This document shows, piece by piece, positions 28,466 through 37,160 of a stretch of DNA of 64,000 nt. Source of the DNA: a virus (Duplodnaviria; Caudoviricetes); IMG/VR virus record IMGVR_UViG_3300008267_000012. One strand, written 5' to 3'. Below the pieces are notes generated by a model. That model worked only from the letters and a program-made list of their open reading frames with translations, made no database searches and was not told the DNA's origin. The translations under genes were made by a program, and so were the position numbers. The stretch's first letter is position 1, and every line of letters begins with the position of its first letter.

Positions 28466-28768
28466 CTAAACTTTCAATAACCTTTGAATCAAATCAGTTA
28501 TTTCATTTCTGTTTTGATAATACAGAATATCATCATTTTCACTAAGTTGAATCCATTCGTGTCCTTCTTTGTACCAAGCAGCAACCTCAAAGGTATGGAT
28601 ACCATCACCACCTAATCTTGGTTGATGTTCGGTTGGAAAGCCACCGATAACGGAAATGATTACCCCATTGGGTAATTCGTGCATTGAAGCAACCAAACCC
28701 TGACCTCCTGGATGAACCCCAAATACGAGGTCATCAAATGAACTTATTTCTTTCTTACAGATTTCCAT
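28466..28768 (-). CDS. Hypothetical protein
   Basis: Behind the element at 28786. Confidence 0.75.
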   Translation of the reverse strand: MEICKKEISSFDDLVFGVHPGGQGLVASMHELPNGVIISVIGGFPTEHQPRLGGDGIHTFEVAAWYKEGHEWIQLSENDDILYYQNRNEITDLIQRLLKV

Positions 28769-28866
28769 TTCTTAAATGTTTATTGTAATATAGTATATGA
28801 ATTGAAGTGTCAAATCTTACAATTTATTTTAAAATAAAAAAAGGGAGTATTTCTACTCCCTTAATT

Positions 28867-29175
28867 TTACTTTACAAGAAAGTCAAAACCACCAACCTTT
28901 CCCACATTCCGACCATTGATACCAAGTATTCGGCAAATCAATGCACCTAACTTTTTGGTTCTCATATTGGCGATGAGAGAACCTTGCCACTTCCCTTCAG
29001 TTTCAACTGAGGGTGAAAAGTTAAGTGACCCGACTTCACGAATAAGCCATTGGTCATCTAACCTATGCTTTTCTCTAAACTTAGAGATTTCCCCTAAGAT
29101 GAAAAGATGTGTACCTTTGGGAGTTTCAACGATTAAATCCCATTTGCCTTTTGACTCAAAGATGTATGCAACCAT
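28867..29175 (-). CDS. Hypothetical protein
   Basis: Behind the element at 29193. Confidence 0.75.
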   Translation of the reverse strand: MVAYIFESKGKWDLIVETPKGTHLFILGEISKFREKHRLDDQWLIREVGSLNFSPSVETEGKWQGSLIANMRTKKLGALICRILGINGRNVGKVGGFDFLVK

Positions 29176-29248
29176 TTCTTAAATGTTTATTGTAATATAG
29201 TATATGAACTCACCTTACAAATCTTACATAAAATTTTATTTTATTTTT

Positions 29249-29341
29249 TGTAAGATATAAGACTTGAATTCATATATTAAGGTGTAGCAATACAGAAGCC
29301 CGATTCAAGGGAAGGTTTATCGCCTGTAACTTGCCCATACT
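29249..29341 (+). ncRNA. Rightward 36-bp element plus 47-nt repeat copy 4 (putative sRNA)
   Basis: Element 29249-29284; variant repeat 29295-29341, followed by a TTGCCCATA/TATGGGCAA hairpin. Confidence 0.55.
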
Positions 29342-29370
29342 TTTTTTAGATATGGGCAAAAAAAAGAGGG

Positions 29371-29643
29371 TTAATACCCTCTCTCTTTCTTGTACTTCTC
29401 TTGCACCTTTTCAAGTTGCGCCAACGCATCCTTGTTGCTCCTTGCAGTCAGACCATAGTAGTCTTTAATCTGCTTGGCAGTTATGCCCTTGAATAGCATT
29501 CCCTTTGAAAGGATTTTCATTTGGAAGATGTGGGTGTTCAACTGATAGCCAAAGTAATCAATTTCCTTATCACCCATACTTACTTTCGGTGTTTGCAGTT
29601 CTCCCGACCTTGCAGAAGCAACTGCTTGTTCAAATTGTGTCAT
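29371..29643 (-). CDS. Hypothetical protein
   Basis: ATG abuts a 36-bp element. Confidence 0.75.
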   Translation of the reverse strand: MTQFEQAVASARSGELQTPKVSMGDKEIDYFGYQLNTHIFQMKILSKGMLFKGITAKQIKDYYGLTARSNKDALAQLEKVQEKYKKERGY

Positions 29644-29719
29644 AATATAGTATATGAATTCACTTGCCAAATCTTACATTTTATTTAAAAAAAAAGGGAG
29701 TATTTCTACTCCCTCTCTT

Positions 29720-30604
29720 TTAGACAAGTGCAACTCCCTTTCTTTCAGCGACTTCCGTAAGGAATGAAAGAGCATCGGTGTTGAACTTCATATTACCACC
29801 CAACAGATTGCCGTAGGTATCGGTAGAAGATTTGGTGTGTGTGGTGTAGTGTGTTACACCATTGAAAGCACCCCAAAGATTCATACCCAAATCCGCAGTT
29901 TCTCTGTTCAGAGAATCCATCAAAGCCACCTTAGTATTACCCTTTCTTACAGAAAGAATATCACCTTCAGCAATCTTTGTTTCATCAATGTTCAGAAGCC
30001 TATTGGCAAGGGCATCAAGAATAGACCTATCAATCTTGATTTCAGACATTTTCTGAAAGATGATTGCCTCTTGTTCCTTTTCAGCACGGAAGCCACGAAC
30101 AAGGTCAATAAACATATCCACCTTGTAGTTGTGGTTCTTCGTGTGCCGAACCTTCAACCCTTGCATCACCCGACCCCATTGGTTGAAACAACGAAGCAAG
30201 ATGTTTACACTACCAACGAAAAGTGGTGTAGTGCCATCGTGTGAATTACCAAATACAAGGTAGTTCTCACTTTTCAGACCAAGATACTGATGCACAAGGT
30301 CATCGGTTGCTTTCAGATAGGCAAGTACCTTAGTACCGCCACGAAATTCAGCGAACCCTTCAAGTTCGTAACCCGAAGCATCAGCAAGTTGCCTTGCGTG
30401 TTCTTCAAAGGTTCGGTTCTTTGTTTCCGTATATGAATCACGGAACAAACTCAATGTTTCCAAAGTATCACTCCTTTTCAGAGCAACATATCTTTCTTCG
30501 GGAACGAACAGACCACTTTTTGTTTGTGTGTAAGGTGTGTGTCTTTCCACCTCCCAACCAAGGCTTTCCTTGAAATCCTTGACTGCATTTGATTTGCTTG
30601 TCAT
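29720..30604 (-). CDS. DUF932 / TIGR03299-like phage-plasmid protein
   Basis: LGWEV...YLVFGNSHDGT...VRHTK...NLWGAFNGVTHY. Confidence 0.8.
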   Translation of the reverse strand: MTSKSNAVKDFKESLGWEVERHTPYTQTKSGLFVPEERYVALKRSDTLETLSLFRDSYTETKNRTFEEHARQLADASGYELEGFAEFRGGTKVLAYLKATDDLVHQYLGLKSENYLVFGNSHDGTTPLFVGSVNILLRCFNQWGRVMQGLKVRHTKNHNYKVDMFIDLVRGFRAEKEQEAIIFQKMSEIKIDRSILDALANRLLNIDETKIAEGDILSVRKGNTKVALMDSLNRETADLGMNLWGAFNGVTHYTTHTKSSTDTYGNLLGGNMKFNTDALSFLTEVAERKGVALV

Positions 30605-30690
30605 AATATAGTATATGAATTGAGATACGAAATCTTACAATTTATTTTAAAAAAAAGGGAGAAATTTCTTCTCCCTTGATTTTCAGTTAC

Positions 30691-31188
30691 TTACTCACCA
30701 ATCTTAATGATATTGCTTTCTTTGGGGCAAATCACCATAGACTGCTTAGTTAGTTTCTCTGCATCAGAGGCGGTCAGATACTTTTTGAATGTATCTTCCT
30801 GCACCTGAATACCATCTACCATAAAGGTATAGGTAATTTCGCAGTTATCCGTAGGGTATAGTCTGATATACCTTTGTTCCTCCGTTTCGTTTTTTGGAGT
30901 ATGCAAAATGGTATATGGGAAATGCTCCCAACGACCCCAAGGGAGTGAACCAACCTCACCTCTTGTTCCATCGGCAATGCCTTCAAGAACAGGTTTGAGG
31001 TTTGCGTAATTGATACCTGCCCTAAACACACCTTTGGTATGCTTGGTCAGTTTTTTTCCTTTGAAAGCCTTAGATGGCTTAACATCGGAAATGAACTCTG
31101 CTGAAAGGAATTGACCTTTGCAGGTAAAGAAACGGCTTGCCACTCCCGACAGACCGCTTGGCACTTGTAATTGAGAGGTATTACTCAT
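30691..31188 (-). CDS. Conserved phage hypothetical protein
   Basis: RAGINYANLK...LPWGRW...YIRLYP; ATG abuts a 36-bp element. Confidence 0.75.
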   Translation of the reverse strand: MSNTSQLQVPSGLSGVASRFFTCKGQFLSAEFISDVKPSKAFKGKKLTKHTKGVFRAGINYANLKPVLEGIADGTRGEVGSLPWGRWEHFPYTILHTPKNETEEQRYIRLYPTDNCEITYTFMVDGIQVQEDTFKKYLTASDAEKLTKQSMVICPKESNIIKIGE

Positions 31189-31270
31189 AATATAGTATAT
31201 GATTTCACTTGCGAAATCTTACAAAAATAAATAAAAAAAGGGAGAAATTTCTTCCTCCCTTGATTTTCAG

Positions 31271-31660
31271 TTAGTTACTCTCAGAATGTTCTTGAACAAT
31301 CTCCATTCGGGTTTCGTGTTCCTCTTTAAGGTCTGTAATAGCATCCTTAATGAGGTCTAAAACATTCCTTTTCTGCTCATAAGCATTAACCTCAAAATCA
31401 TCAAGTTTAATGGTATTACCATAACTAATTTCAAATGATTCATTTGAGATTTCAAAGTTGCTTGCATCATCAAAGTCATAGCAATCAAGAACATCAATAA
31501 TCTTATCCCTAACTAAGTTAAGAATAGCAATGAAATCTTGCTTTGACTCTTCCACCTTCGGTTCTTCTGAAACCATATTTAAGGTGTTTACAACATCATC
31601 TTTGGTGAAGAGGCTTCCAAGCGAATCTTGCACCTTTGCGATTACTTCTTGTTTTTTCAT
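31271..31660 (-). CDS. Hypothetical protein
   Basis: Start MKKQEVIAK after the element at 31678. Confidence 0.75.
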   Translation of the reverse strand: MKKQEVIAKVQDSLGSLFTKDDVVNTLNMVSEEPKVEESKQDFIAILNLVRDKIIDVLDCYDFDDASNFEISNESFEISYGNTIKLDDFEVNAYEQKRNVLDLIKDAITDLKEEHETRMEIVQEHSESN

Positions 31661-31759
31661 TTTATTTATTTTGTTTGTGATATAGTATATGAACTCGTTG
31701 TTCAAATCTTACATTTTATTTTAAAAAAAAAGGGGAAATTTCTTTCCCCTTAATTTAAA

Positions 31760-32044
31760 TTAGATAAGTGGCAGATGGTCAGATGGATTGAAATTATCAT
31801 TCTCCTTTTTGAATAGTTCCACCATCTGTTTGCAAGTGGTGTGAGAATATTGATTGCGACCATCATAACGATAGTCATCAGATGCAACATACTCAATCCA
31901 CCTCAAACAAAGTCTTGTAAAAGATTGTTGGAGAGTACGATGCTCACTACCCATTGCATTTAAAAATCCTTGCTTATCACAACCGAAGTTGTTTACGAAG
32001 TCAGACATTACCAATGCTACTTCGCTTGCGTTTTTGTTTGTCAT
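31760..32044 (-). CDS. Hypothetical protein
   Basis: EHRTLQQSF...DGRN; ATG abuts the element. Confidence 0.75.
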   Translation of the reverse strand: MTNKNASEVALVMSDFVNNFGCDKQGFLNAMGSEHRTLQQSFTRLCLRWIEYVASDDYRYDGRNQYSHTTCKQMVELFKKENDNFNPSDHLPLI

Positions 32045-32150
32045 AGTATAGTATATGAACTCAAGGCTCAAATCTTACATTTTATTTTAAAAAAAAATCC
32101 CCATCATTTCTGAATGGGGATTCTACTACATAAACAACAAACAAACAAAT

Positions 32151-32663
32151 TTAATTTAAGGTTGATGATATTTTTATTGTATCAAAGTAAAGTTGATTGA
32201 CATTTATTACATCTCTGTCATAATGAGCAATATTTAATTCAATATTATTAGTTTCATTTTTAATGAAATGATTAAAATTATCAGTCATAATAACATCAAT
32301 GTTAAGAAACTTATATTGAGTTTGTTTACCAATGATAAAGAATGTATAATCATTTACCTTAACATTCTTTTCTTCAAGATAAGATTGAACACATTGACCT
32401 TTCAATTCAACAATATCATCATAATCAACAATGGCATTATCAAAATGTTCAAACATTTTTACCTTCATAGTCTTTTGGACATTGAAACCAAATAGATTTT
32501 CGGTTATATCCAAATTCATATTATCCTTTTTCATCTTATCAATAAGAACCCTATTCAAACCATCTTTGTATTTAATAAAATTGATTTTATTAAACTCAAC
32601 TTTGAAATACTTTGATAGATAAGTTTTAAGCGAATGAATGTTTACAAGAATATTACTTTCCAT
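32151..32663 (-). CDS. Hypothetical protein (lower GC, no 36-bp element)
   Basis: Intact 170-aa ORF. Confidence 0.6.
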   Translation of the reverse strand: MESNILVNIHSLKTYLSKYFKVEFNKINFIKYKDGLNRVLIDKMKKDNMNLDITENLFGFNVQKTMKVKMFEHFDNAIVDYDDIVELKGQCVQSYLEEKNVKVNDYTFFIIGKQTQYKFLNIDVIMTDNFNHFIKNETNNIELNIAHYDRDVINVNQLYFDTIKISSTLN

Positions 32664-32716
32664 ATTTTATTTTTAGTATGTATAAAAAAAAGGTGGAACA
32701 ATGTCCACCTTAAAGA

Positions 32717-33148
32717 TTATGCAGTTTGCAAGATTGTATGAAAGTCCTTTGGATTACCCTCAAAGATTGTTTGCTTTTTGTAAACATCATAGCAGGACAT
32801 TATCAATGAATCTTCATTAGGTTTACCACCAATACCTTTAGGGTATTTGTAGATTACATCATAGATATATTCTTCTCCACAATCTTTTGAATCGGGATGA
32901 TGAATGTAAACATTCCCTACACCTTGTTTGAAATCAGCAATGAATTGAGCAGCAAGGCAACCAAGACCATTGAATAATCTTTTTTCACTTACACCAAACC
33001 CATTACACATTTCCCCTGACATTAGAAAGTCAGCAAGTTCCTTTCCGTGTCCTTGCGGATAACCATCATATTGGCGGTAAATGGTTGTGATGGTAATTTT
33101 TTCATCATCGTGTTGTGTGATGAATCTTGTTAAACTTCGTGTACCCAT
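32717..33148 (-). CDS. Conserved phage hypothetical protein
   Basis: MGTRSLT...YRQYDGYPQGHGKELADFL. Confidence 0.8.
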   Translation of the reverse strand: MGTRSLTRFITQHDDEKITITTIYRQYDGYPQGHGKELADFLMSGEMCNGFGVSEKRLFNGLGCLAAQFIADFKQGVGNVYIHHPDSKDCGEEYIYDVIYKYPKGIGGKPNEDSLIMSCYDVYKKQTIFEGNPKDFHTILQTA

Positions 33149-33198
33149 AATTTATTTATTTTAATTGTAATATAGTATATGAACTCATTGCCGAAATC

Positions 33199-33480
33199 TT
33201 ACAAAGATTCATAAAATCTTTCTGCCATTTCGGGATACAAATTAAGTCTTGTAAAATCAATTGAGGTATAAACATTATTGTATGATGCTTCATCATTGTA
33301 AATTTCATCCAATGAATTAAGAAAATCTTCACCCAAGAAATTTAATTCTCTTTTTAAGAATTCATAAATTTGAGTTTGTTGGTCATATTCAAAATTCTCA
33401 CGACAAAATCTAAATGTAAAATACACCTCTTTGATTTGTGAATCAGTTAGTTCATCAAATCTTATTCTAAATGATTTCAT
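33199..33480 (-). CDS. Hypothetical protein
   Basis: Stop codon lies inside the next 36-bp element. Confidence 0.7.
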   Translation of the reverse strand: MKSFRIRFDELTDSQIKEVYFTFRFCRENFEYDQQTQIYEFLKRELNFLGEDFLNSLDEIYNDEASYNNVYTSIDFTRLNLYPEMAERFYESL

Positions 33481-33587
33481 AATTGTTTTTGTTTTGTTTA
33501 CAATATAGTATATGAATTGATTGCTCAAATCTTACAAAAAAAAAGGGAGTATTTCTACTCCCTTTCTTTTCAAAACCTCCTTTTAAT

Positions 33588-34022
33588 TTAATTAGAGGTT
33601 TCAGTTTCGGTTTCCTTTACTTTGAAGCGGATAACTGATGCGTTCAGTTTCTCACCACTCCGATTCACGGCATCAACAATGACTTGGAAAGCAATGTTGT
33701 TAAACTTCTTCTTGCCCGATACAATGGCATTGGAAATGTCCTTGTTTGGAAACCTACCTTTCAATGGATAGTTTTCGTGAGGGAACGAAAGTTGTGCCTT
33801 ACCATCATTTGCTTGTGCAAACTCAATGGCACTTACAAAGCGGTCAAATACCACTTGAACACTTGCTGCAAGTGGGCGAGAACCCCTTTGCTTGGTCATA
33901 TTACGAGCAGGGCGAATATCATCGTCATACTGCTCAATTACGAAGTCATTAACAATAACTTCACTCTGTGGTGTAGTAGATACTCCCATCTCTACAACCT
34001 CTTTTGAATTGGACTTTGCCAT
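33588..34022 (-). CDS. Hypothetical protein
   Basis: Behind the element at 34050. Confidence 0.75.
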   Translation of the reverse strand: MAKSNSKEVVEMGVSTTPQSEVIVNDFVIEQYDDDIRPARNMTKQRGSRPLAASVQVVFDRFVSAIEFAQANDGKAQLSFPHENYPLKGRFPNKDISNAIVSGKKKFNNIAFQVIVDAVNRSGEKLNASVIRFKVKETETETSN

Positions 34023-34109
34023 AAAATTTAGAAAATTTAATTTAACTTACAATATAATATATGAACTCACTTACGAAATCTTACAAATTATTTTAAATTA
34101 TTATTTTAA

Positions 34110-34334
34110 TTACATCCTACGATAATCAACTTCATAATCTTCAATAATCCTTTCTTGCTCTTCGGTTAATTCATCACCGATGAATGTTAATTCCGTATAA
34201 TACTTTCTGAACGGAATGGAATCCTCAAACTCTTTCATCTGAGAATTGAACTCTTCTTTTGTGTTTGACTTTATTTGCTCCCCATACATTGCAGAGGAAT
34301 CTTTATCAAAGGCATAAGCATTAATTACTACCAT
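34110..34334 (-). CDS. Hypothetical protein
   Basis: Behind the element at 34356. Confidence 0.7.
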   Translation of the reverse strand: MVVINAYAFDKDSSAMYGEQIKSNTKEEFNSQMKEFEDSIPFRKYYTELTFIGDELTEEQERIIEDYEVDYRRM

Positions 34335-34421
34335 AACTTATTTTGTTTTTGTTTACAATATAATATATGAACTCATTGCTCATATCTTACAAAAAAAGGG
34401 GAAATTTCTTTCCCCTTAGTT

Positions 34422-34679
34422 TTACATCTTACCAATGTTCTCATAAACATACTCCTGCACAAATTCATCAAGTTGATTTTGCAAATCATCTTCATCTAAA
34501 AAAGAATCATCACCTTCAACTATTGCCCAAGTAATTTCAGTTGTGCCAAAGTTTGGCATATCACGATACTCAACTGATACTTCCAATTCGTGTTCCTTTC
34601 CATTGTGTGTAATGGTCAGGTCAAGTGCAAGCCAAATCGTTGTGCTTGACACTTCTCTGTTTGTTACATTTATTTCCAT
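34422..34679 (-). CDS. Acidic hypothetical protein
   Basis: Second gene of a cassette. Confidence 0.7.
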   Translation of the reverse strand: MEINVTNREVSSTTIWLALDLTITHNGKEHELEVSVEYRDMPNFGTTEITWAIVEGDDSFLDEDDLQNQLDEFVQEYVYENIGKM

Positions 34680-34680
34680 T

Positions 34681-34848
34681 TTATTTAATTTTTAATTTAT
34701 CAAGTAATCCCACAATTTCAGATTGCAAATACTCCTTTGTAATGATGGAGTTTTTAGGAAACTCTTCCTTATTAATCATCTCATTGTAATGACCCAATGC
34801 CTCACCAATAAGATACTTCTGAAAACCTGTTAATTCAATCTTTTTCAT
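34681..34848 (-). CDS. Small hypothetical protein (55 aa)
   Basis: Manual ORF MKKIELTGFQKYLIGEAL... behind the element at 34867. Confidence 0.65.
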   Translation of the reverse strand: MKKIELTGFQKYLIGEALGHYNEMINKEEFPKNSIITKEYLQSEIVGLLDKLKIK

Positions 34849-34890
34849 TTTAATTTATTTTTGTTGTACTATAATATATGAACTCAAGTG

Positions 34891-35229
34891 TTAAATCTTA
34901 CATAAAGATTGAAAATATTTTTCTAATCTATTTTGCTTTGCCCTTGTCCATCCATACTCTGATGGAGTATCAACTATATGGTCAGCCTTTATACTAACCG
35001 CCTCACCAATCCAATCGGTATAACATTTAAGTTCATCCAATGTAAGAGAAACATAATTAGATTTAGCATAGGCTAATTTTTTAATTACTTCACCTCTTAC
35101 ACCATCAAACCTACCTTCTTCACAATTCTTGAAGATACCATCTTCCAAATCATAGTCATAACCACCACACAGATAGTATAGACCTTCATAACTAAGTTTG
35201 TCTGAGATTTTTCTTATTTTCTTTTTCAT
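34891..35229 (-). CDS. Hypothetical protein
   Basis: Final codons CKI* are the TGTAAGATTT box of the next element. Confidence 0.7.
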   Translation of the reverse strand: MKKKIRKISDKLSYEGLYYLCGGYDYDLEDGIFKNCEEGRFDGVRGEVIKKLAYAKSNYVSLTLDELKCYTDWIGEAVSIKADHIVDTPSEYGWTRAKQNRLEKYFQSLCKI

Positions 35230-35352
35230 AACTTATTTTGTTTGTAATATAGTATATGAACTCATTGTTCATATCTTACATTTTATTTTAAAATAAAAAA
35301 ACCCATCGGTAAGACCAATGGGCTTTCGGCTGTAAAACTAAGGTATATTCTT

Positions 35353-35568
35353 TTAAGATTGGAAGTTTATTCTGCAATCATAGATTACTTCACCATCAGG
35401 TGTTACCCTATACCAATCTTGAATGTAGGATGCCCAAAGTTGATGTGTGATAAGTATCTGCTTGTTATACAACTTAGCATACTTTTTTGCTTCACGCTTT
35501 GCTTCACGCAAATCATCAAACTCATAATACTCACCATTATTAGGCTCAAAACTTGATACTCTACTCAT
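35353..35568 (-). CDS. Hypothetical protein
   Basis: Start MSRVSSFE after the element at 35587. Confidence 0.65.
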   Translation of the reverse strand: MSRVSSFEPNNGEYYEFDDLREAKREAKKYAKLYNKQILITHQLWASYIQDWYRVTPDGEVIYDCRINFQS

Positions 35569-35677
35569 TTTGTTTTTGTTTTGTTGTACTATAATATATG
35601 ATTTCACTTACGAAATCTTACATTTTATTTTAAAATAAAAAAACCCCATCAGTAAGACCAATGGGGTTTTCAAACAA

Positions 35678-35971
35678 CTAATGAATAATCAGTTCCTCAT
35701 GAAATTTCTCAGGTACTTTATGAATAGGATTATCATAAGCATCATTAAAGGTATTAGATAATATACCATCCTTAATGTATGCCCAATGTCTATCCGTTTC
35801 CATATTATTGGTGTACTCATATCGGACAAGGCATATATCCATTCTTTCATTATTTTCAACCCAATAATGAAGATGACCTAAATCAGCCAACCTTTCAGCA
35901 AAATGGGAATCAATAATGTCATTGTGAGCATCCACAATTTCGTAGCACCATTCGTAAGTAATCTCTTTCAT
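35678..35971 (-). CDS. Hypothetical protein
   Basis: Behind the element at 35988. Confidence 0.7.
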   Translation of the reverse strand: MKEITYEWCYEIVDAHNDIIDSHFAERLADLGHLHYWVENNERMDICLVRYEYTNNMETDRHWAYIKDGILSNTFNDAYDNPIHKVPEKFHEELIIH

Positions 35972-36074
35972 AATGTTTATGCGTTTGTGATATAGTATAT
36001 GAACTCACCTTACAAATCTTACAAAAAAAAATAAAAAGTTTTTTCTAAGAACTACTTATAGAAAACATATATCT

Positions 36075-36500
36075 ATGGAATCTCAATCCCTTAAAGACAA
36101 ACTCTTTGAAGAAATTAAACAACAAAAAGAATCTAAAATTAATTTTATTTCATTGGTTTCTAAATTACTTGATTCTCAAAGACAAATACATATCTTCCAT
36201 CTTCAAACTAAATCATTTGCTGAACATAAAGCATTACAAGATTATTATGATGCCATTGGTGATTTAGTTGATGGTATTGTTGAATCTTATCAAGGTAAAT
36301 ATGGTATCATCTCAGGTTGGAAATCTTTTTCTACTGAAGAATATCAATCAACTGAACAAGTCATTGTTTATTTAAAATCATTAACAAATGACATTGCTTC
36401 TGTCTTTAGTATTATTAAAGATACTTATATCCAAAATCAATTAGATGAAGTAACTGCATTAATCAATTCCACATTATACAAATTAAGATTTTTAAAATAA
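36075..36500 (+). CDS. Ferritin/Dps-like four-helix protein of T4-like phages
   Basis: HIFHLQTKSFAEHKALQDYYD...DGIVESYQGKYG...IQNQLDEV...YKLRFL. Confidence 0.7.
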   Translation: MESQSLKDKLFEEIKQQKESKINFISLVSKLLDSQRQIHIFHLQTKSFAEHKALQDYYDAIGDLVDGIVESYQGKYGIISGWKSFSTEEYQSTEQVIVYLKSLTNDIASVFSIIKDTYIQNQLDEVTALINSTLYKLRFLK

Positions 36501-36618
36501 GCAAATTTCCCCTCTCCCGTTTAATTTGTTTTATCATTGGAAGGACTAACAACATTAGTCCTTTTTTTATTTTATTTTTAATATTATCATTGTTTGTATC
36601 ATTGTCATTGTCTATAAA

Positions 36619-36772
36619 ACAATGTCTATAAAAACATTGTTTGTAGTTCAACAATGTTTAGAACAATGTCATCTTTAACAATGTTTGTTCATACAATGTA
36701 TATGATAACAATGTTTGTTAAAACAATGTTTGCATTTATTAACATTTATTTCATACAATATTAGAACAATGT
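36619..36772 (+). repeat. ACAATGT heptamer array (mostly 15-bp period)
   Basis: Copies at 36619, 36651, 36663, 36678, 36693, 36708, 36723, 36766; reverse copy at 36634. Confidence 0.9.
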
Positions 36773-36982
36773 ACTATTTTTATACTATTTATATATGAAT
36801 GGCATTATAAGAATTATTGTTATTGTAAATGTTTGATTATTAAGTAGTTAGATATTAAAAAAGTAACTTAGTTTAGTATAATTTCATCTTAGAAATGTTA
36901 TAAAAAAATGTTACTTGTGTGGCATTATTGAAAATGTGCGGTCAACACTTTGCTCAATGATTTCTACATAAAACGCATTATA

Positions 36983-37028
36983 TCAATGAGTTATAACATT
37001 CTCAATGGTATCATTTGTAACTCATTGA
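36983..37028. repeat. Perfect 11-bp inverted repeat TCAATGAGTTA/TAACTCATTGA
   Basis: Arms at 36983-36993 and 37018-37028; same motif family as 23864. Confidence 0.8.
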
Positions 37029-37160
37029 CACACAATCATAGCAACTTATTGTAAATAAACACTTTATAAAAGAACTTATAAAAGTAGATATAATACTATA
37101 AATCAAGTATTATATCCCCATTATTTACCACAATGCTCCACAACGCACCACAGAGAAGAA

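Noticed and set aside
24618-29341. 47-nt repeat as a self-cleaving ribozyme
   Set aside because: Lacks the hammerhead CUGAnGA/GAAA core and the nested pseudoknot patterns of HDV-like or twister ribozymes on either strand.
24957-33528. Apparently conserved N-terminal peptide MxxxFIYY(I/T)M in several ORF-track proteins
   Set aside because: It is the translation of the 36-bp DNA element from an upstream ATG/TTG; the true starts are downstream, so coordinates were trimmed.
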